Part shown: in pieces, positions 55,752-64,000 of the stretch
Layout: every line of letters begins with the position of its first letter
Numbering within the stretch: the first letter of the stretch is position 1
Assembly (NCBI GenBank): GCA_013265495.1
Contig: MU057865.1
Coordinates: 310,001 to 374,000 of the forward strand
DNA from: Vicugna vicugna
Lineage: Eukaryota
Direction: 5' to 3'
DNA: 64,000 nt
Program-made: the position numbers and the translations under genes
The notes under the pieces: model-generated
The model's database searches: none
What the model was told of the DNA's origin: nothing
The model's input: the letters and a program-made list of their open reading frames with translations, nothing else

Positions 55752-56559
55752 ATCATTATTAACTGAAGCAAGTAGGGCAAATTTTATGGACTAGGAAACA
55801 TTTTTGTTGAGCCATACAGAAAAGTGTGGCCTTTTACTAGAGATGGTGGGAAAAGACACTTCACAGCAAAAGAAGACTGACAGCAAAGGCATTTGGATGG
55901 GAGAATGTGGGGTGATTTTAGGACACTGTCAGGGGTCGAACTGGATTGAAAATTAGGGTATGTATAAGCGGTAAATTGTAGGAGATTCTATTAGGAATGT
56001 GGAATAGGGTTATAATGGAGAAAACATGGATAGCCAACGCGAGGAGCCTACTGATGAAGTACAAGATGAGATAAATTATGGTAAATTACAGGTATTTTTC
56101 TATGTAGTGGGACATGGGAAGTTTCAGGAGATCTTGAATAGATTTCTAAGTTTATACCTTTAGAGCTAGAAGGAATATTCCTCATTCAGTCCCTTTCCCT
56201 AAATTTTTATATAAAAAATAAAAATATGGATAGATTTTTAAAGGCAGGTCCAAATTACGAAACTTTGTCCCCTGGTTTCGCATACCAGGCTGCCCCTCCA
56301 ATGGAGGTGTGTGAGTTTTTAAACTCAGTGTTTCTGGTCTTCATGTTGGTTGTTTGTTTACAGGGAATGCCTGCCATCTTACTGGCATCCTGCACTGTGC
56401 CTGGCCCAGAGGAGGGGCTACATAAGTATATGAGCTGAATAAATGCAATGAATTTCCTGGAAAATAGTGAACATACATTTTGTATATATTGGAAGAGAAA
56501 TGATCTTGCCAGCATCAAGAATGATGGTTTGGAGACCAGGAAGAAGTTGTCAAAGTGAA

Positions 56560-56598
<39 letters not shown>

Positions 56599-57729
56599 GC
56601 ATATATATATGCACATGCCTGGCCTCATACGAACTTGCTGTTGGCTGGGTGAGATTCACTATATTGGACAGGTCTATGAGAAGTCTAAGAATGCTCAAGA
56701 AAGCCTTGAGGGGGTGGAAGTTTGTGCACAGGTCCGTCATGGTGGCATGTCCTGACTCCATGGTAGAGTCTGTCAGATAAGTGAAATGCACAGGAGACAC
56801 CGTGGCCTCACTCAACCAGAAGCCTCTTCATGAATTGAGTTCACGGTGAGCGTAGAAATGGTGATTAGTGTCAAATGCCCCATAAAGGGCTTTCCAAATT
56901 GGGATTAGAATTTGCCTGTAGATTACTAGACAGGATTTGGTAGGACTATTTAGCTTGTAATTAGAAGGTAGTAAGAGCAGAAATGGGACCTCAGAGAGGT
57001 GACATATAGTCATACATATAGGAGTTTTCCAGGTTGCTGAGACAGGCATGCAAAAGAGAGTCAGAACGTCTTTCGGGAGAGTTTCCATCATTTGTAATTC
57101 TGCATAGTGGTCAGGAGGCATTTGAACATACTCTGGTGAAATTTCATTGAATATACTAATCCTTCACCTTATAACAAACTGGCCTTCCATGCTATGTCAC
57201 TTTGTTACCCTCTTCCTGATACATTTTATAGTATCTGCTTACTGTAGGTTAGATGTTGTGTTGAGGGGTTGGGGAATCAAACATGAATGCTATTTCTTGA
57301 TGATATTGGGACCAAATTTACTTTTTATTTTATTTTACTCTTTTGTTCATGGAGCTGGGTAGTAGAAGGCAGGGCTTTGGAATCGGGCATAGGAATCAAA
57401 TCCCATCCTGACTGTATGGCCTTGGGAAAGTCATCTTACTTCTCTGGGACATGTCTGCCTCTCTCTCCCCTTGCCCACAACAACCTGGACCACTTTCTGG
57501 TCATGAAGATGCTCCATGATGTGGCTGTTTTCCTCCCCTCATTTCTAACGTCCACATACACAAGGGATCTCCGTCCTCCAAAACCAGCTCCATGCCCCTT
57601 GCTTTCCTGATTTTCCTGTAGGAAGCAATTTCTTTCTTCTCCATGAACTTCTACCACATGGTACTTGAAATTCTCTAGTGGCTTCTAAATATTTTTATAT
57701 GCAATTGCATTTGTTTATATATATATATA

Positions 57730-58297
57730 TTTTAACTTTTTTTATTGAGTTATAGTCATTCTACAATGTTGTGTCAAATTCCAGTGTAGAGCACAATTTT
57801 TCAGTTATACATGAACATACGTAATTCATTGTCACATTCTCTTTTGCTGTGAGCCACCACAAGATCCTGTATATACTTCCCTATGCTATACAGTATAATC
57901 TTGTTTATCTATTCTGCATTTCATAATCTCTGTCCTTCCCCCCCATCCCCCTGGCAACCACAAGTTTGTATTCTATGTCTATGAGTCTGTTTCTGTTTTG
58001 GATTTATGTTTTGCTTGTTTTTTTTTTTATACGGTATTTTCCTTTCTCTTTCTGGCTTACTTCACTTAGAATGACATTCTCCAGGAACATCCATGTTGCT
58101 GCAAATGATGTTATGTTGTCATTTTTAATGGCTGAATAGTATTCCATTGTATAAATAAATATACCACATCTTCTTTATCCAATCATCTGTTGATGGACAT
58201 TTAGGCTGTTTCCGTGTCTTGGCTATTGTAAATAGTGCTGCTATGAACACTGGGGTTCAGGTGTCATTTTGAAGTAGAGTTCCTTCTGGGTATACGC
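57730..58297 (-). mobile_element. L1 3' end
   Basis: L1 3' strings CTGGCTTACTTCACTTAGAATGAC and GCTATTGTAAATAGTGCTGCTATGAAC. Confidence 0.88.
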
Positions 58298-59060
58298 TTG
58301 ATAGATTGTTAACTGATCTAGCAAGTGGCTGTATTCAGGGGAGGTGTCAGATTCTATTACCTTTGCGTTTCTCATGGTGGGAAGGAAGGCTTGAAATACA
58401 TTAATAAATTAATATTCCTTAGGATAATATTGTATTAACCTGTTTATGTTTTTATTCCTGTCCTATTTCTTTGCACTTCTAGGTACTTATCTGACCTTAA
58501 CATTTCAAAATACGGTGCAGAAAAGTAATGAGAGCAGGCACCACTGACTGAGCACTTAGCACACACAGTGGGGCACTGTCTAAACGCTTCTCTTTCAGTC
58601 TCTCGTTCAGTCCTCCTGACAACCTTGTGAGGTAGGTGATATTACTGTCCACACTTTACACTCGACATTACAAATGCAAGTAAAAGGATCCAAGTCTCCT
58701 GCTTCTGCCACTTTTGACACATTGATTTTGAGAATAAATCAAGCTTCCAATCCCCCGCCCTAATTTCGTCTCCTTGTAATTAGCACATGTGATCAGTTTC
58801 CCTAGCTGGTTCTCTTTTCAGTAGTTTTGGCTTCTGGTGCTTCGTGAAATGTGTTGATCTTTCATCTGTGCATGAATTTTATACTCCTAAACCCAGCAAT
58901 TGATATCATTGCTGCTTCCCGTAGTTGGTGAGTCAGTCCATCAGCAAGCACGTCTTGGATTGCTACGGACTATTTGACCTTGGTCTCAGCTGTAGGTATC
59001 TTAGATTTTGTTAGTTTGGGGGAGGAAGTCACTTTGAATTTCCAAGTGGTCATAGGGAGT

Positions 59061-59603
59061 TGTCTCAGTCAGGACTTTTCGGAGAAACAGAACAAATAGA
59101 ATGTGTAGACATATATCATAGGAAGAGAGCTTAATATAGGAAATGGGCTCACATGGGCGCTGGCAAGAGCCAAGGCTGGCAGGGCGGGCCAGCAAGCTGG
59201 AGACCCAGGAGAGCCAACGTTCCAGTCTGAGTCCCAAGGCCATCTGCTGCAGAGCCAGGGAGAGGTAATGTCACAGACAACGTTCAAAGTCTGTCTGCTG
59301 GAGCGTTCTCTCTCGCTGGAGAGGAAGCATTTTTGTTCTACTCAGGTCTTCAACTAACTGGACGAAGCCTGCCCACGTTATGGAGGACAGTCTGCTTTGC
59401 TCAACGTCCACTGATTACAAAAGTTAACATTATCCAAGAACACTTGTACAGAAATACCCAGAATAATGTTACACACACACACACACACACACATATCTAT
59501 CTGACACACACACACACACATATATATATATTTTTTTTTTGGACATATATATATCTGGGCACTTTGTGACCCAGCCAAGTTGACACACAAAATTAACCAT
59601 TAT
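59061..59603 (-). mobile_element. MLT2-type ERVL LTR with internal (CA)n/(TA)n expansion
   Basis: GAGAAACAGAAC...GGCTCACATG...GCTGGAGACCCAGG...CCCAGCCAAGTTGACACACAAAATTAACCAT. Confidence 0.8.
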
Positions 59604-60311
59604 AGGCATGTTCTAAGTAGTTTGAACTTGAGTTCGTAGGATGTGGGGAGCTTGCAGCAGAAATAAACGAGGGAGACTTGCCCAGGAGATGTGGGAGGTG
59701 AGCTGACTGTGGTAGCAGCAGTGGTCCCTGTCTCTCTGGGAGGAGCCAGAAATAGAAAATGCCAGGGACAAAAGGCAGAACTAACTCGATTTCAGCCCAA
59801 GCTCGTGTTGATGGACAAATGGGATCATTTAATACCAGCAGAAAACGACACTCTTTCTCTGTGTGTGTGTACCTGTTTATCATCTGTCTCAACCACTGTG
59901 CACATTAAATTTTGTCTGCATGACTATTACATTGTCTCAGGGACTGAGACACAGAAGTGCTCAATAATTTTTTTATTGCTGTTGAAAGATGGGGGTGGGG
60001 GTGGGGGTGGGGTAAGCTAGAAAGGAAGAGCTTCTCAGTGGTAGCAGACTGCAGTCTCTGGCTTAGAGCTAGGGTTCAAAGAGGGCTAAACTGAGAGAAG
60101 GGATGTAGACATGGGGGCCAGTCCTGGGAGAAGGGCCCAGGCAGAGTGGGGAAGGGGGGATCAGGACCCTGGCTGAATGCTTAGGGGTTTATAACAAGGC
60201 TTCATTTTTTTTTTTTTGGTGCTGAAAATAGTTTAGTTAGTTAAAGATTTATAAGGTTTGTCACTTTTTAGGACTTTAAAGTTTCTTAAATTATCTAAAC
60301 AATTTTATTTC

Positions 60312-60705
60312 TTTTTTTTTATTAATAGACTTTATCTTTTTAGAGCAGTTTCAGATTCACAGCAGAACTGAGCAGACAATACAGAGAGTTCTCACACAGC
60401 CTTCCCCGCCCACACATACACACTCCCTTACCCTCAGCACCCCTCACCAGTGTGGCGTATGTGGTACAATCGATGAACCAACACGGGCACATTATTATCA
60501 ACCAAAGTCCATAGTTTACATTAGGGCTCACTCTTGTTGCACATTCTATGGGTTTTGACAAATGCATAATGACATGTAGCCACCGCTACAGTATCATACA
60601 GAATAATTTCATTGCCCTAAAAATCGCTTGTGCTCCATCTCTTCATCCCTCCCTCCCTCTCCCCAAACCCCTGGAAACCACAATCTTTTTATTGTTTCTA
60701 TAGCT
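60312..60705 (-). mobile_element. L1MC-like 3' end
   Basis: TTTTAGAGCAGTTTCAGATTCACAGC...AAAGTCCATAGTTTACATTAGGG...CATTCTATGGGTTTTGACAAATG. Confidence 0.8.
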
Positions 60706-61519
60706 GTGAGCAAGGCTTCATTCTTGGTGGAGGAAAGAATACAAGAAAGAGACCAAGCCAGAAGGCCAGTCATACGGATAAAGACTTGGCCACATATAGT
60801 TGAGCATTAATGAGGGGATATTCACACCAGGCATTGCCAATTCCTTAACAGGACCCTAGACCTGGCGTAGCAGCCTGTGTCCTGACTTCATCGGACATTT
60901 TGCCAGCTGGGCCTCCCACAACTTCACAAACCTTGGAATCAGACTTGGACACTTTCATTCTTGTGTTCTGTCCCACATGGACTTTCATGCGGTATTGGCT
61001 TTCTTATCCTAAAAATCACTGAAAATGGCATCGTAAAAAAATCTGATGCCATGGAAAGAAACGCAGTGGGCTCTAGTGGTGAAATCACAGGGTCTGATGT
61101 GGAGTAAGGCTGTTTTCCTCGACACCCAGAACTGTCCTGTGAGTTTTTAGTGGAGTCTATTTTGAGAAATACTAACTAAAGGCTTCAAGCAGGACATTTA
61201 TGACGAGTCTGTTTTGAAGAAAACCATTCTGGTCTGTGGGTCGGTCAGGAGCAGAAGTGGAATTGGAGGAGGTGAGCTGAGATGCTGTTGCAGTAGAGTA
61301 GGTAAGATGATGGCGTCTTGGTCTAATGCAATGTCACTAGAAATGAAGATGTGTGTGTAACTGTTAATCAAAACACAAGGTTTGGGCATTGAAAATAAAG
61401 GATTTGGACCTAGAATTATTTATGTAGGATATAATGTTTTTGAAATGAATTGCGTTGTAACAAACTCTGCTTAATTCAGGTGCAGGGATGGATTCCTCAG
61501 CTATCTTGCATTTCAGATG

Positions 61520-62172
61520 AATACAGCTTGCAAGTTGATAGTTCAGCTTACAATTTTTTGACTTTATGATGGTACAAAAGTGACACATATTCAGTACAAA
61601 CAGTACAGCAGATTTTGAACTTTGATCACTCCCCGGGCCAGCAACATGCCCCAGGATGCTCTCTGGTGATGCTGGGCAGTGGCAGCGAGCAGAGCTCCCA
61701 CACAGTCATGTGATCACACAGGTAAACAACTCCATACACTTACCTCATTCTGCTTTTCCCTTTCAGCAAAGCATTCAATAAATGACGTAAGATGTTCAAC
61801 ACTTTACCATCAAATAGGCTCTGTGTGACATGATTTTGCCCGTCCGTAAGCTAACGTCAGTCACATTTGAGGTAGGCTAGGCTAAGCTGTGATGTTCTGT
61901 ACCTTAGGTGTATCAAATGCATTCTTTTAAAATTGAAGTTACAATGTGTCAATTTCTGGTATACAGCACAATGTCTCAGTCATGCATATATACATATATA
62001 TACACACACACACACCTATTCATTTTCATATTCTTTTTCATTAAAGGTTATTACAAGATATTGAATATAGTTCCCTGTGCTCTACAGTGAAGTGCATTTT
62101 TGACTTGTGGTATTTTCAATTTCCAATGGATTTTTCAGACATCACCTTGTGGTTAAGCTGAGGAAGGTCTTC
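61520..62172 (-). mobile_element. MER47/Tigger5-like DNA element interrupted by an L1 end
   Basis: AGGTAGGCTAGGCTAAGCTGTGATGTT, AAATGCATT...TTGACTT...TATTTTCAA. Confidence 0.7.
61925..62089 (-). mobile_element. Short L1 3' end nested in the MER47-like element
   Basis: AATTGAAGTTACAATGTGTCAATTTCTGGT...AATATAGTTCCCTGTGCT. Confidence 0.8.
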
Positions 62173-64000
62173 CATTGGCTACTTTTCTGTGTATACAAAT
62201 GATCTGTAACTTGTTTTCCCCAGACCCCTACCGTAGGATAAATCAGAATTTGTGGAAATTGCAGAGAGGTGGCTGGGTCAAGTCCAGTGCCGGTGGTGGC
62301 TACACGCATGATACCCTGAACTAAAGGATGAACCACGTTTCCCTCTGGTCTTTCTTCCCAGCATCATACACTACTCAGTTAGGATTGTAGGAGAGGCTGC
62401 AGGGCCCCTGATTCTGACCACGTGGACTCGTGCCCATGAACCACAACTCCGCCTTGTGCTCTCCTCTGCTTCCTTGCTGAGCCGGATCCCTTGCCAAAAC
62501 CTCACAATCTCAGCTGTGGGGCTACCGACCACTGTCTGTCCTGCTTGTGGCTGCCACTCCGTCTCTAAGGGTGGTGGTCCTTTCAGCCGGCAGGGCTCAC
62601 TGAGGATGCTCATTCCTGGTCTTCTGATCCCTGAAAGTTGGTTTTGGTCTTCAGGGTTATTGCTTCCTCCATCAAGGCCCTTGGGAAGGAGGAAGGTCCT
62701 CACTGAGACCCTCTCCTTGAGTCCTGAGGTGGCACAGAGACACGGCGCCCCAAGTGTTCTGACCATGACTGGACCCCATGCTCTGCATCATTTCCTTCCC
62801 TTGGGCCAGGTGGCTGCTCTCCTGGTTGGGCATTCATGCCCATGGTTGGGGACATTTGTGAAAATGCCTTAGTTCTGGGGTCCAGTGATGTAATTATGAT
62901 CCCCCAAGTCATCTCCACAGCTCTCTCCGCAGGATCTGAGGGCCTGTCTCGGTGTCCCACAAGCCCCAGGAGGTGGATGGAGATTACACTGCCCCACCAT
63001 TATCCTTCCTGAAAGTGTAAGAAAAGTCCAAGTTTATTTCACCTCTCCTATCAGACAGATTTTTCCAAACCCTTTGCCAAATACCACAGTGTATCTAATT
63101 CTTTCTTTATTCATGCTTAGGGACTTGTTTTCTTTGGATATTTGAGGCTAGAGACTGGAACATCGCAAATACAGCCCTCTTCTAAATGGAATGAAGCATT
63201 TAGGGATTGATAGAGCTGATCCACAAATGCCGAGTCACCCTGAAGAGAAAGTGTCCTAAATGTATTGTAAACGCATGGTGCTAACATGAGCTGGAACTGT
63301 CCCCCAGCGTATGGGGTTATGTATATGTAAGGAAGTCACGTAACAGACACTTGAACACGCAGATGACAACTTTCCTGCAGATATATGTCTGCGTGTTCCC
63401 TTTTAACCACGGTATCTTTTCTTTCCTTCATTCAGGGTCAGAGTAGCGCCCGCAATCTAATTGCACGGTGCAGCATTGCAGAAGTCCACTTGCAGTCAAG
63501 CACAGCTCTTTCGAAGGATCCTTGGCTCCGAAGCATAAGGAATTTGAAATGGCATTTACAAGGGGTAAGTAACCAACAGATCAGCATTTGGGACGTGCAG
63601 GCAAGATGACTTCAAGCTGCAAAGCTGGGCATTGACAGACAGATTTAGCACCATTAGCAGGGGCTTGCTGAAAACCAAAAATGACTTCAAAACTCTTCCC
63701 TCTGAACCAGAATGTTCCATTCATCTCTTCGTTAAAACATCCGTTATTTGCTGACTTGTTTTCTGTCGCCACCGTCTCCCCCCCGCCAACACCCCAGCCT
63801 CTCACTCTTTTGTGTCGGAGCTAATGTTCCCAGCGTCTACACTGCGTAGGCCCTGATTATTTGTGAGACAGAGTGAGTTAATGCAGATTTGCAAGCTGTT
63901 CCCATTTGTTAAATGTCAGAAAAACACATGCAAGTCACTGGCTTTGGCACTTAGCTGCCAGCTGGCTCTTCTGGAGGCTGGGGACAAATGACAGTCTATC

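Noticed and set aside
55332..55794. ORFs of 86-144 aa
   Set aside because: Largely (TTCC)n translation.
62371..62960. Overlapping ORFs of 86-138 aa
   Set aside because: No recognisable protein and no exon support; probably decayed repeat or GC-richer noncoding DNA.

Overview
Mammalian genomic DNA, most likely camelid: tRNA-Ala-derived Vic-1-like SINEs and cetartiodactyl-type L1 3' ends are present. The window holds the 5' end of PIK3C3 (VPS34, class III PI3-kinase) on the minus strand: coding exon 1 (6876-6943), exon 2 (3773-3961) and the CpG-island promoter (~6640-7220). The rest of the gene lies beyond position 1. The remaining ~57 kb upstream has no recognisable protein-coding gene. It is made of interspersed repeats (solo LTRs, L1, L3/CR1, Tigger and Charlie DNA transposon remnants, SINEs), microsatellites and a few repeat-poor blocks that may be regulatory. 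I cannot support a new biological system here. The best leads are: a possible spliced antisense/divergent transcript from the PIK3C3 promoter; a TSD-flanked retroposed insert with two poly(A) tails, resembling a 3' transduction; a tandem SINE pair sharing a target site; a lineage-specific LTR family with structural variants; two CTCF-like sites; and candidate conserved enhancers. Repeat family names come from recalled consensus sequences, not from a search.
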